A DNA stretch of 64,000 nucleotides from assembly GCA_951406725.2 (NCBI GenBank), contig OX597818.1, positions 59,954,001-60,018,000 on the forward strand, given 5' to 3'. Below are positions 38,259 to 52,039 of the stretch, piece by piece (positions within the stretch are counted from its first letter, which is position 1; every line of letters begins with the position of its first letter). The notes under the pieces are model-generated. The model ran no database searches, had not been told where the DNA came from, and saw only the letters and a list, made by a program, of their open reading frames with translations. The position numbers and the translations under genes were made by a program. The DNA comes from Octopus vulgaris. Taxonomy: Eukaryota.

Positions 38259-38897
38259 CTATGTTCCCTGATACTAACTGCACGGTCACCGCTGGAACAT
38301 TTATTACCATAGATGTGTTTGATCAGAGCCGCTATAACGATAAACCACAACAGTTTCCGTGGCTGTCACCCAGCCATGGAAACTATTGATCACTTTGCGG
38401 TAGAGAGGGCTTTCGTCATTATCCACAACATGACTTTAATATTCACAGAAAATAATCAATGTTCAGTTTGTCTCCCCTGATTTTCAAATAATTCTTGATA
38501 GTTATATGTGATATGTTATGTTCTAAGGGTGGGGTTTTTTGCATTCGTTTCGTCAGTAAAAATAATTTGCATTCTAGAATTAATTTTATAAAATTATATT
38601 TATTTTTGTTATAAATATCTTGAGAATAGTCGCTTTACAGGTGTAATTTAAATTTCTTTCTACTTGAATTTCAAAATAAATCATGATAGGGAGAGAAAAA
38701 AAATCTTTCTTTCACAGTACTATAAATATTTTTGGTTCAACGGCTAACTGTCTGTTACAATCCATCACATATCCTCGTTAACCGAACACATCAGTCGGTC
38801 GCCTTGGCACTAAATGTTGGAACCAAGCAGAACTGACGCGGCTCCCAACCACAAAAACTACATTTCCGAAAAACCATCACCTCCACCAACACCAACT

Positions 38898-38932
<35 letters not shown>

Positions 38933-39124
38933 GATGATAATGATGCGATCAATATTGTTATTGAATTTTGTTTCTAGTATTTCAAAAGGTCGTCGCCATA
39001 TTCACCAAGTCCTTTCACGTCATAATCTAACACAGATTCGTGTGTCTCGCATGTGTGCAGAGCTTAGTGTGGTTTTATATATTATGGCTGTTATTGTAGT
39101 TGTTGTTATTGCTGTTGCTGTTGT

Positions 39125-39169
<45 letters not shown>

Positions 39170-39173
39170 CATA

Positions 39174-39587
39174 TATTTCTTTACTACCCACAAGGGGCTA
39201 AACACAGAGAGGACAAACAAGGACAGACAAATGGATTAAGTCGATTACATCGACCCCAGTGCGTAACTGGTACTTAATTTATCGACCCCGAAAGGATGAA
39301 AGGCAAAGTCGACCTCGGCGGAATTTGAATTCACAACGTAACGCAGACGAAATACCTATTTCTTTATTACCCACAAGGGGCTAAACATAGAGGAGACAAA
39401 AATGGACAGACATAGGTATTTAGTCGATTATATCGACTCCAGTGCGTAACTGGTACTTAATTTATCGACCTCGAAAGGATGAAAGGTAAAGTCGACCTCG
39501 GCGGAATTTGAACCCAGAACGTAACGGCAGACGAAATACGGCTACGCATTTCGCCCGGCGTGCTAACGTTTCTCGCAGCTCGCCACC
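39174..39587 (-). mobile_element. SINE family A (duplicated body) inside a (TAG)n tract
   Basis: Two body units with (AGT)n on both sides. Confidence 0.88.
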
Positions 39588-39588
39588 T

Positions 39589-39591
<3 letters not shown>

Positions 39592-39633
<42 letters not shown>

Positions 39634-39773
39634 GAGGAGTAGTAGTAGTAGCAGCAGCGGTGGTGGTGGTGGTGGTGGTGGTGGTGGTGGTGGTGGTGGT
39701 GGTGGTGGTGGTGGTGGTGGTGGTGGTGGTGGTGGTGGTAGTGGTGGTGGTGGTGGTGGTGGTGGTGGTGGTG
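39592..39773. repeat. (AGT)n-(GGT)n compound microsatellite
   Basis: Read directly. Confidence 0.95.
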
Positions 39774-40148
39774 ATATTGTATTTCTTATTGTTGTTTCGC
39801 TTTTTGTTTTGTTTGTATTTTTATTAATGTATTTCCATTTTATTCGACGCACCTGTTTAAGTGGTTTTCATGCGCAGTGATATTTATATTCCTACACACG
39901 ATTCCAGTGAACCAACGCTGTCATTTAAAGTTCCAAAGTAAGGAAAAATAACTCAGGGAACTTGTAATGAAATTTCGGATGACAACATCGATTCTTAATT
40001 CAGAACTGAATGCTTATTCACTTGGTTTACTGAGTACGACTATAGCAAGTTGCACCTACTTACCTTCACGCGTGCGTATTGGACCGTATGTGGGTCGCTG
40101 TTCAGTATGCGCACGCATTTGTATTAGCTTATATAAAACTATAACCGT

Positions 40149-40901
40149 CGCTTTTTCAAGCCTAGCCAGACTCATGGGCCCGGTTTCTGTGACGTATGTG
40201 TTCCCCCCAGCTGGACGGGACGCCAGTCCATCGCAACGTTACCCAAGAAACAGGCGGAGAGAGTGAGAGAAAGTTGGGGCGAAAGGGTACAACAGGGGTC
40301 ATCACCACCCTCTGTCGGAGGCTCGTGGAGCTTTTACGTGTTTTCGCTCAATAAGCACACACAATGCCCGGTCTGGGAATCGAAACCGCGATCCTCCGAC
40401 CGCCAGTCCCCTGCCCTAACCACTGGGCCATTGCGCCTCCACGGCCCCGTCTTTAAAGCCTAACCAGGCTCATGGGTCCGGTTTCCCGGTTTCTATGGCG
40501 TATGTGTTCCCCAGCTGGACGGGACGCCAGTCCAACGCAGCGTTACTCATGTTTGCCAACTGAGTGGACTGGAGCAACGTGAAATGAAGCGTTTTGCTCA
40601 AGAACACAACGTCCCCCGGTCCAGGAATCGAAACCACAATATATATATATAAATGCGCCCTTTTAAAGCTTAGCCAGGCTCATGGGCCCGGTTTCCTGGT
40701 TTCTATGGCGTATGTTTTCCCCAGGTGGACGGGACACCAGTCCATCGCAGCGTTACTCATTTTTGCCAGCTGAGTGGACTGGAGCAACGTGAAATGAAGC
40801 GTTTTGCTCAAGAACACAACGTGTCGCTCGGTCCAGGAATCGAAACCACAATCTTACGATCATGACGCTGACACCCTAACCACTAAGCCACGCGCCTCCA
40901 C
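40149..40901 (-). mobile_element. Cluster of three SINEs sharing one V-like tail (one family C head, two family D bodies)
   Basis: 40149-40442, 40443-40640 and 40654-40901 all contain GCGATGGACTGGCGTCCCGTCC..GGGCCCATGAGCCTGGCTAGGCTT-like tails. Confidence 0.85.
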
Positions 40902-41989
40902 ATTAGCTTATATACATACATGTATATGCACGCGCGTGCGTGTGTGTGTGGTAGTATTATATACATATATCTATTTGGCTTCTTACATTTCCTTAATTTT
41001 TTCTTTGATGCTCTTGGAGATATCCGATCGCTAACAAGTAACAAGATCCTTTTTGTTTGATTTTTCAATGATTCTATACAATTGAGATCATATTGATGTA
41101 CGAGTGCATAAATGCATATATTCATCAAGTGTGTGTATCTTACCTTGCAGGAGAATCAAATGTAAAATTCTCGCAAATATTTATAAATCTTCCCTGGAAG
41201 TTTGATTCTCTGAAGGTTTTACTGTGTGTTTTCCTTTGTCCTCTTGAAAGTCTTAACATTTCAAAGTGTTTATATAAGCCTTTTGTTATGTGGGAAATAA
41301 AAACTGAAATGACACGATGTAAAGTATTGTACTATGAGATGGAGTAGAGATAAAGTGAAATAAAAGAGCGAGCGAGTGAGAAAGAGAGAGACTAACGTTT
41401 CCGGCTGTGAATTTCTTCTCAGAAATTGTATATGCTACTTCAGCGACGACTTACGCCTCTTCATTTTATACTTCCAATCCAATCCTTGCAACTACAGTCT
41501 ATCATTAGCCAACACGCTGAAGTGACAATCATTGTATTAAGTACCCTACACCGCCAAACATTAGAGGAAATTTGATCATTTACAGATTGAATATCAGTTT
41601 GGTAAAAGCTGTATAAAATCTCTTTTATTATTGCTCATACTGGGCGCTACTACACACACGGATTGACTTTTGTGTGAACTTTATTATCTTTTGGTATAGG
41701 AATATCATTTATGGCAGAATTAATACAGTTACAGAAATCGGTTAAACACCCTGAGCATTTTATTTCCTTTACGTTCTGACTATTAATCCTGAAGTGGTCA
41801 ATTTTACCTATTTATGAAAGTTTAAGAAAGTACTTGCATCTATTACATAGTTATAACTGCCCGTGTTTATTGTAATTTTCAGGGTGAAGACCTCGTAGGC
41901 CAATTTTAGAAAAGAAGCGTATAGTTTGGAATGGATGTAGCAACTGTACCCAGATCTGAACATGTGCAAATTTTGTTCTCAGAATACTC

Positions 41990-42325
41990 AGTAACCAGCA
42001 TCCTGGTAACGAACTACTTGACAGAGACGGGCATTAAAACCTTCCTTGCAGCCCACAGCTCGCTCCCTGTGATTTTTAATCGTTCCACAAGCTGAAGGAG
42101 ATCATCAGAGGCAGCCGTTTTGAAGATAGAAGAGGCCATGACAAGGTTGCTGGGCACCTTCACTTTGGGGGACTTGCATGGGACCTTCACGAACTGGTTG
42201 GGGTGCTATGACAACTGAAATGAAGTTTGAGGATCCTCCTTTGAAGAAGATTAGCGGTTTGTACTTCTCTGAAATTAATAAATATCTCTCCTGAGAAAGT
42301 GTGAAAACTTCTAGTATGGACCTTG
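41990..42325 (+). mobile_element. Degenerate mariner 3' half
   Basis: LVTNYLTETGIKT..LAPCDF*SFHKLKEIIRGSRFED; ends ..GGACCTTG|TA; related fragment on minus strand at ~49860-49990. Confidence 0.7.
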
Positions 42326-42739
42326 TATGTTGTAAGGTTTCCGTATCGTAAGTATCCTTTATATTCATGAAGGTGTAAAGGTTTTCGTCATGCTTCTGTA
42401 ATCTATTCAATAATCTCGTCCAGCAGAAATTCTCAGTGAACAGGTCACAGTGCACCCAAATTTAATATTGAACTGTATTGCTTGTATTTTCTGACAGCAT
42501 TTCCTAATGATATAGGAGAACATTGCATTATATTTCCAATGGAACGTGAAATACAGAAACAAAACTCGGGTGATAGCAACAATGAAGGCATTCCAAAACG
42601 AATACATTCTTTTATCTCTTTAATTATTGCTTTTCCTTGCATAGAGATACCAGTATGATTTTAGTGCTGTCAGATCCATGCGGGATCCACTCTTCTACGA
42701 CAAAATACTATGACTCTCTTGTATTTGATAGAAGGCCGT

Positions 42740-43215
42740 GAGGTTTTCTGTGGGGGAAGCAGGTGTTGTCTCAAGGTATCGGTGGATCAGGAGATGCGAG
42801 CCCTGGTAATGGGCAGTACTACCAGTATCTATTTCTTTACTGCCCACAAGGGCCTAAACACAGAGAGGACAAACAAAGTCAGACAAACGGATTAAGTCGA
42901 TTATATCGACCCCAGTGCGTAACTGTTACTTATTTAATCGACCCCGAAAGGATGAAAGGCAAGGTCGACCTCGGCGGAATTTGAACTCAGAACATAAAGA
43001 CAGACGAAATACCGCTAAGCATTTCGCCCGACGTGCTAACGATTCTGCCAGCTCGCCGCCTTGTACTACCAGTATCAGTGTCAACTTGACCAGAGTTGTG
43101 GCTTCTTCAACAACAACTGCGAGGTCAAGATGAGGTTATCTGATGTTGAAAGCCCCAAAACATCTGATGACCTTAGGAAACATCAATAATGTTGTTTCCA
43201 GTCTCATCACAGAAT
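42740..43215 (+). mobile_element. Possible HERO-like LINE 3' end, split by a SINE
   Basis: EAGVVSRYRWIRRCEPW* resembles the AE.AS.WLW.RR terminus; 43130-43205 resembles a HERO 3' UTR (recalled from memory, not searched). Confidence 0.4.
42830..43062 (-). mobile_element. SINE family A monomer with TSD
   Basis: 14-bp TSD GTACTACCAGTATC at 42816-42829 and 43063-43076. Confidence 0.92.
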
Positions 43216-43430
43216 GATGAATGGAAAAGGAAGACAATTATAAACAAAGACAAACCTGATATAAACTATGATGAATTCCATTTGCAATTCTGCAATTCGA
43301 GTTAAGGATGAAGCTGAGAAATATCTAACTGTAAACAATTGTTTTCTTAACACTAACAAATAAATATATACTTCATTCAGTCGCTAAACTTTGGTTTGAA
43401 AACAACTCCATAATTTGGTGCGTTCCTTTT

Positions 43431-44029
43431 TTATTTCTTTATTGCCCACAAGGGGCTAAACATAGAGGGGACAAAAAGGACAGACAAAGGGAATAAGTCG
43501 ATTACATCGACCCCAGTACGAAACTGGTACTTAATTTATCGACCCCGAAAGGATGAAAGGCAAAGTCGACCTCGGCGGAGTTTGAACTCAGAACGTAGCG
43601 GCAGGCGAAATACCTATTTCTTTACAACCCACAAGGAATTAAACACAGAGAGGACAAACAAGGACAGACAAACGGATTAAGTCGATTATATCGACCCCAG
43701 TACGAAACTGGTACTTAATTTATCGACCCCGAAAGGATGAAAGGCAAAGTCGACCTCGGCGGAATTTGAACTCAGAACATAGCGGCAGACGAAATACCTA
43801 TTTCTTTATTACCCACAAGGGGCTAAACACAGAGAGGACAAACAAGAACAGACAGACGGATTAAGTCGACCATATCGAACACATTGCGTAACTGGTACTT
43901 AATTTATCGAACCCGAAAGGATGAAAAGCAAAGTTGACCTCAGCGGAATTTGAACTCAGAACGTAAAGACAGACGAAATACCGCTAAGCATTTCGCCCGT
44001 TGTGCTAACGTTTCTGCCAGCTCACCGCC
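43431..44029 (-). mobile_element. SINE family A with triplicated body
   Basis: One head and three ~183-bp units; TSD TTGGTGCGTT on both flanks. Confidence 0.9.
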
Positions 44030-44358
44030 TTGGTGCGTTGCTTTCTATTAAGTTGGAAACAACGTCCCTCCTGCTGCATTTTAACAGAATCATTTTGATA
44101 ATGAAGGTACTTTTGCAATATTTACAGTAAAACAAACATTATTTTTTGATATTCTGATGGGTTTATTTTTCCCTTTCTTAATAGGTTACTTTACACCATA
44201 GATGTGGTAGAGATGACGAACTAAAAGTGGATCTGTTTTTTGCGGTGAAGATGGAGTTACTATGCACGAGGATGCTTGATGCTGGTTATTTCCGGTTGGA
44301 GATCATGATACGTGAGGTGAATAGACGTGATATGTAGCAGAAGTGATAGTTCTTTGAA

Positions 44359-44893
44359 CAGGGTTGGGCAGAGAGGAGGGAGTTTTTGAAATGGCTATTA
44401 CTCAGCCCCCAAGGAGAGAGACATATGTCTGACAGGTACCATTTGGTTTTTTCAGCTGAAGCCATGGCTCTGTGGACGATAGAGCATCACTTATTTGTCT
44501 ACAACAGTTACGTGTCAGACAAGCTTTTATACGGAATCCGAATCGCTCTTTTCGGAGGCATTCCACTGAACTTGGCATCGGTAATCGATCGGTAAGGTGT
44601 ATTTTGCATGAAGACCTACATTTCCACCCGTAAAAATTGTTCATTGGGCAACAGTTGAAGCCATGGGACTATACACAGAGCAATGCTGGAGAGAGTGGAG
44701 GCCAACCTCCAAGAATGCCTTCAGAAATGCATCAATGAAAACGGACACCACATGATGGATGTTGTTTTCCACACTTGATTTGACAGGTGGTAATTCAATA
44801 CGAACACATTGTTGTCAATAAAATTTGTTTGCAGCTAACGTTAATGATTTTGTGAATTTTTCAAAAACGTCCGCCCTCCCTGCCCCAACCCTA
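44359..44893 (+). mobile_element. Internally deleted Tc1/mariner-superfamily transposon
   Basis: Imperfect TIRs CAGGGTTGGGCAG..GTTTTTGAAA; remnants MALWTIEHHLFV, RNPNRSFRRHSTELG..ILHEDLHFHP*K and MLERVEAN..CINENGHH. Confidence 0.75.
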
Positions 44894-45486
44894 TAGTATG
44901 TAATGGTATCTATATAACCGGTGGTGGTGGTGGTGGTTGTAGTGGTGGTGTTGATGGTGGTGGTGGTGGTGGTGTTTATGGTGGTGGTGGTGTTGATGGA
45001 AGTGGTGATGGTGGTGGTGGTGGTGGTGGTGTTAATGATGGTGGTGGTGTTGATGATGGTGGTGGTGGTGGTGGTGGTGTGGTCTTGGTGGTAGGGGTGT
45101 TGATGGTAGTGGTGATGATGGTGTTGGTGACGGTGGTGACGGTGGCGGCGGCGGTGTTGAAGGCGGTAGTGGCGGCGGCTGCGGTGGTGGTGATAGTGGT
45201 GTTCTGTAGTGATGGAGGTGATGGTGCACATTGGATGGGGAGTTTTTAGTGCTCGGTGTTTACTTAACGCCCCCCACCCACCTCAGGTCAACCCATGACC
45301 ATTGGGAGAGTGGCTTTATACAAAGAACTGTTAGCAAAACCAACGCGTTTTTTCTTTTGTCCTAAAATGTTAGGTCGTGGTTTAATGGTCATTTGTTTGT
45401 TTTACGCATTGCGTGAAGCGATACGATTGGATGGTTTTGATGATGGGGCAAGTAAACAGATGTATATGTGTATGTGTGTGTGTAGA

Positions 45487-45523
<37 letters not shown>

Positions 45524-45594
45524 GTGATCGAGAAAACAGACATACAGACGGACAAATAGATAGATAGATAGATATATGGATAGGTAGATAGATG

Positions 45595-45652
<58 letters not shown>

Positions 45653-45679
45653 TAGATAGATAGATAGATAGATAGATAT

Positions 45680-45733
<54 letters not shown>

Positions 45734-45800
45734 GGACAGACAGACAGATAGATAGATAGATCACTGATAGATGGATAGATAGACAGGCAGACAGACAGAC

Positions 45801-45909
<109 letters not shown>

Positions 45910-45959
45910 CATAGATAGATAGACAGACAGACAACAGACAGACAGACAGACAGACAGAC

Positions 45960-46010
<51 letters not shown>

Positions 46011-46746
46011 CAAACAGATAGATAAGTAGGTAGATAAATTACAAGTTACGAGGATAAATATTTAGATACATAGAACGAAAGTTTTCGACTAACGAGAACA
46101 ACAGACCATTTTTTATTGTTTCCTCCATGTCTTTTTTTTTTTTCCAATTCATTTCATTCCGTGTTTTTTTCCACGTTTTCTAGCTTTTAGTTGTCAGTTC
46201 TTTAGCAATGGTGTACAAAACCAGAATGTGTCCTACAGTAACGAGCTAACTTTAGAAAAATAAAGTTAGTCGCCTTTGTTGTTTCGTACAATGTAAATAA
46301 AAATCTTGCGATGAATCGATTATACGTCAGTCGAAATTTCAAGTAAATATGTGAATGCAATAATAAACAAAATAATAAGTTTTCCTTTGGGCAAATCATT
46401 AAAATAAGCAACTCGACTGGTGAAAAAAAACATTTCCCAACGATTTAGTTGAATATATATCTTCATGAATGTGTCTATGTATGTAAGTATGTACGTGTTT
46501 CTGTATGTGTACACCGAAGCATATACCATATATGTGTGCATGGAAAATATGATTTAATTTTTCTATAGACATATAATTTTAGCGTCGGTGATTAAGTAAA
46601 CAAAGTGGTTAGAAAACAGATTCTTTTTTTTTTTATCACTCCGGTGTACAGAAAGATAAGATCTTTCTAATCAAATTCGAATTGTGGTAGACTTTCATCA
46701 AAGAAAGACTACCTATCTCCACTCCTTGGAGAGACTGATATGTCAG

Positions 46747-46794
<48 letters not shown>

Positions 46795-46799
46795 CTATA

Positions 46800-47052
46800 T
46801 AATCGATTTAATCCGTTTGTCTGTCCTTGTTTGTCCTCTCTGTGTTTAGCCCCTTGTGGGTAGTAAAGGTATTTCGTCCGCCGCTGCGTTCTGAGTTCAA
46901 ATTCCGTCAAGGTCGACTTTGCCTTTCATCCTTTCGGGGTCGATAAATTAAGTACCAGTTACGCACTGCGGCCGATGTAATCGACTTAATCCGTTTGTCT
47001 ATCCTTGTTTGCCCCCTCTGTGTTTAGCCCCTTGTGGGTAATTAGAGAAATA
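46800..47052 (+). mobile_element. SINE family A, 5' truncated
   Basis: Partial unit followed by a full body unit. Confidence 0.85.
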
Positions 47053-47057
47053 TATAT

Positions 47058-47300
47058 GCCAAGGATCCCTGCATCACCATCAAAATACAGGACCAGATAC
47101 TGCAGCAACTTGAGTTTGAGGGCCCACAGCTCTTCAATATCCTTCTAAAATTCCTGAGAGACCGGTATGGTGTGGATGTAGATGTCTTTGAAACAAAACT
47201 GGATCACCTCCTGTCAAGGGTTCCAGATGAGCCCAACTCACGGCAGGAAACACAGACGAGGGGAGCAACATCAGAGTCACCCATTCACCAAATGCCACAT
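47058..47300 (+). mobile_element. CR1-group LINE 3' fragment
   Basis: GPQLFNIL..VDVFETKLDHLLSRVPDEP, homologous to 30780-30960. Confidence 0.75.
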
Positions 47301-47679
47301 AGCAGTCGACTGGTAAAGATTTCATTTGAATAGACCGGGACAAAATGAAACGAAGTAACTTGCTCAAAAACACAACAAACCGCACGATACAGGAATTGAA
47401 ACCACGATGTAATGATGCGCAAGTTAAGAAACCTAACCATTAGGCCACTTTTGGAAGAGTTGTTGCACACGTTTTGCTTTTATATTTGAAACTGTGCGTA
47501 TGGTAAATATGTCTGGATAAAATTGTGTTCACAATGTGACCTATGTAGCGCTCTGTGGTGCTACTGTTATTGTTCGGTGAGAGTTTAGCACAGTAAATTA
47601 TATTTCTTTGGGGGCATTTAACGTTAATTGGACATGTACTTTTTTAAGAGAGTTGCAATAGGGTGAGGAATAAATTCTG

Positions 47680-48377
47680 AGAATGAAATCTAGCTATTAT
47701 TGTACTGATTCAAGCTGACAAAGAGGTGAAATTGGCAGTGCAGCTATGATTGCCTTTGGGATTGTATATATTAAACCTTTTGCCGAATTTATAGTTGCTG
47801 GGGAAGAGTTTGTAGATTAACTTTAGAAAGTATCTAACAATAACGGCTCTAACGATAGGACTAAAGGTTGGCTATACAGAATAGATTTCGTGCAAAAAGC
47901 ATCTAATCGATTTGGTTCTAACGTCTAAACTGAAAATTAGATCATGCCATATAGTTTTATTGTGGAAAGAATCTGAGAATATTAGCTCTAAAGTTTTAAC
48001 TGAAAGGGGTATATACTTTATAAAGTTAGCTTAGGATCTGCTTAAATTGAAAAGATGTTAAGCACCATAGCTTTATTTTAGGAAGGAACTAGCAATATTA
48101 GTATAAACATGTATACTCAATAGGTTGTGGTTATATGATAAAGTTTTCGATTAGAAAAGATCTAACAACATTTGTTCGCGATAATGCAGTTCTATATTTA
48201 AGTGATGAAGAATTATGTACATTATTTACATTAATTACATTCAACGGATATTTGTCCTCATCTTGTTTGTTGTTAACACAAAGTTTCGGTTGATATACCT
48301 TCCAGCCTTCATCAGGTGCCTTGGGGAAATTTCGAACCAGCGTTCTCATTCCGAAGGTACTTTTCGATGTTGTTCTT

Positions 48378-48408
<31 letters not shown>

Positions 48409-49825
48409 TTGTTGTTGTCATTATTGTTGTTGTTGTTGCTGTTGTTGTTGTTGTTGTTGCTATTGTTATTGTTGTTTTGGTCACTGCCTTGAATCGAACT
48501 CGGAATCTTGGGGTTAATAGCCCGCGCTCTTAACCCCAACATTCCGAGTTCGATTACACCATATGCCCACAGACATATGGCGTAATGGTTAACAACAACA
48601 ACAACAACGTCGAAAAATAACTTAGGAAAGAGAACCCAGCTTCGAAATTTCCCCAAGACACCTGATGAAGGCTGGAGGGTATATCAGCCAAAACGTTGTG
48701 TTAACAACAAACAAGATGAGGACAAATATCCTTCAAATGTAAATAATGTATTTGTTCGTGAGTTACATTGAATTTGAGTTTAAGAACGATCTGGCAATGT
48801 TGATTCTAACGTTCAAATTAAAATAAGTAGTATACCATTTCTTTTAGTTTTAAAAGTATCTGGGGATATTTGTTCTAACGTTTAAAATTAAAATGGATTA
48901 TATGATTCACTTGAAGATTAGGGAGGATAGGGTAATATTAGTTCTAACATTTAGCATTTAAGTGGATTAAACGTATAGTTTTAGTTTAAGAGGATTTCAA
49001 TACCGTTTCTACCGTTTAAGCTAAAGTATTTTATATTTAAGAATAAGTGATCATTATTCTATCTAACATTTAAACCAAACGTTAGGTTATGCAGAATTGT
49101 TTTAGTTTTTGAAGAATGTGGCAGTAATGATTCAGACAGATAAACTGAAAGGGGTTATAACGTTTAGCTACAGTTTAAGATGTATCAGGCAGTATTAGTT
49201 CTAACGTTTAAACAAAAATTTAGGTTATGACGAACGATTTGAATTTAAGACGGATCTACAAAACTAGGTCTTACGTTTAAACAAACAGTTGGTTTATAGC
49301 ATGTGTTTCAATTTAGGACCGATCTGGTAATATTAGTTGTAACGTTTGTACTACAAAGAGGTTTATATAATGAGATTTAATTTAGAAAAGATCTGTCGAT
49401 ATTGGTTTTAGATTTAAAATGTAAAGCGGGTTATACCAAATAGTTTTAATATAGGAATAATTTTGTATTATCAGTTCTTTTGCACCGAAAAGGGATGATA
49501 CAATATAATTTAATTAAAGATCCTGCATAATTGATTCTAATGCTTAACCTGAACGGACGATTATACCATATAGTTTTAGTTAGGAAGGGCCTGAGTAGCT
49601 TAGTTCCGATGTTCACAATCGAAAATTGGGTTATAACTAGATTTTAGTATTAGCAGTACTGGCAATATTGGTGTCAATGCTTAATCTGAGAGGAAGGTTT
49701 TACCATATGGTTTTAGATTAAGAAGGATCTGGCAATATCGGTTCTAACTATTAAACTGGAAGGTATATTATATCATATAATTTAATTGAAGAATGATCTG
49801 GTGTTAATGGCTCTTACATTTAAAC
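47680..49825. repeat. Highly diverged ~60-bp tandem repeat array
   Basis: Recurrent GGATCTGGCAATATTAGTTCTAACGTTTAAACTGAAA..GGTTATA..TAGTTTTAGTTTAAG; interrupted at 48188-48750. Confidence 0.75.
48188..48750. mobile_element. Second copy of the tRNA-headed hammerhead element (inverted duplication)
   Basis: Homologous to 37202-37712 with (CAA)n replacing (TAA)n; hammerheads at 48275-48320 (-, GAAACUUU) and 48657-48702 (+, G12A); A-box TGGCGTAATGG at ~48578. Confidence 0.8.
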
Positions 49826-50403
49826 TCTTCGCATCAATTGAAAAGATCATAAAACCAATTGCTTAACTACAAGATGCATTTCAAAAATTTTAGGAGAGAC
49901 ATTTATTAATTTCAAAGAAGTACAAAACCATAATCTCCTTGAAAGTAAGCTGGCCACAATGCATTTGTTTGACCTCTTCTATCTAAGGCCTATCTATCTA
50001 ATTTGCCTTTTAGATGTGCTAGGATTACAGAGCTGGATATGAATTTCATTAGCGTTACCAAAAACTATTGTGATACTCTCAGAATAAAATGTAATGGACC
50101 AAAACTTTAAAAAATCCCTTTAAAAAAAGAGACCGATAGAATAAGTACTAGGCATACAAAGAATATGTCCTGGGGTCGATTTGCTCGACTAAAGGCGGTG
50201 CTCCAGCATGGCCACAGTCAAATGACTTAAACAAGTAAAAGAATAAAAGAGTGTGTTCTTAAAGGACAACTTTAAATCCTTTTATCTTCCTCACCGACTT
50301 CTCACAATAGTTTTATCGCAAACCTTGTTCCGCCGTTTCTGTATCAAGCATAACACTTTACTGTCACAACATATCTGGTAAATCTAGATAATATTAAAAT
50401 CCT

Positions 50404-50885
50404 ATTGTGTTTGGGGAGAGTCATTTTCTTTTTGTGCCTTATTATGTAACACACTCACCGGTAAAATTTCCAAGTTTTTCTTATTTTTATTTTCCTAAAA
50501 TTTTCGTTGCGTGTTGCAACCTTTTCAATAGTTTTGACTCTGTCCGTTATTTACACAGCGTTCCCTTTTGTTTATTTGTGCGCATGTGTGTGGGTCAGTG
50601 TGTCTGTGTGTGTGTGTGTGGGTGTGTGTGCCTATACATGCATGCATGTACGTATGTATGTATGTGTGTGTTTGCTTGTGTATGTACAGGGAACGCAGTG
50701 TAGATAACGGACAGATTCAAATGTATTGAAAAGGTTGCAAGACGCAACGAAAAGTTTAGGAAAATGAAAATAAGAAAAACGTGGAATAAGGCACAAAAAG
50801 AAAATTGCTCTCCCCAGACACAATAGAATATGCTTCAATACACGAACTCATATAAAGAATCTTGCAAACCAAATACAAAAACGAA
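50404..50885. mobile_element. Inverted-duplicated pLTR-like element with U3:A8 hammerhead motifs
   Basis: Same family as 22447-22770; arms separated by a (TG)-rich spacer. Confidence 0.75.
50495..50531 (-). ncRNA. Minimal hammerhead motif, U3:A8 (degenerate mirror copy 50723-50759 on plus strand)
   Basis: CUA-UUGAAAA-g-GUUGC(aacac)GCAAC-GAAA-AUUU|UAG. Confidence 0.65.
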
Positions 50886-51245
50886 ATTAAAATCATATCT
50901 GTGCAAATGTTAAGCGTGTGACCTTCTTTTACGTCTCAGAGGGGAATACATAAAAACGTCTGATTTCAGGTGGTTGAAAATGTTTAAATTTCTATTGTAT
51001 GATAGCTTGCAGGGGAAAAAAAAGAAACTTTTGAATTAAGAAATATTATAAATAAAATTTGATTAAACCTGCTGGATAAGATGACAAGTAATTAATTAAA
51101 AAGTCACAGATATAGGTTTCAGGTTTTTAATCTTCGAATACTTAAACGCTCCTTACATACACAAACAAATATACAAGCAAGCAGACATGAGCATACGCAC
51201 GTACGCACACACACATATATACACACGCATATATACATATATATG

Positions 51246-51298
<53 letters not shown>

Positions 51299-51331
51299 TT
51301 CGTCTTTTGTTTATTTTCATAAAGCTTCCCG

Positions 51332-51397
<66 letters not shown>

Positions 51398-51448
51398 ATA
51401 TATATATGTATATATATATATGTATATATATGTATATATATATGTATG

Positions 51449-51892
<444 letters not shown>

Positions 51893-52004
51893 ACGTTTAT
51901 AGTTTTATATATATATATATAAAACTATAAACGTCGCCTTATATATATATATATATATATAGTTAATCCCCAAAAACGAAGTATTAGCAGATGATGGAAA
52001 AAAA

Positions 52005-52039
52005 GTTTTACATTTCGAGCAAAGCTCTTCGTCAGAAAC
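52005..52039 (-). ncRNA. Minimal type-I hammerhead motif
   Basis: GUUU-CUGACGA-a-GAGC(uuu)GCUC-GAAAU-GUA|AAAC; same family as 7510-7544. Confidence 0.75.

Noticed and set aside
47680-49825. Regularly spaced motif resembling a CRISPR array
   Set aside because: The whole unit is homologous, with no identical repeats or unique spacers, no cas genes, and a eukaryotic context.
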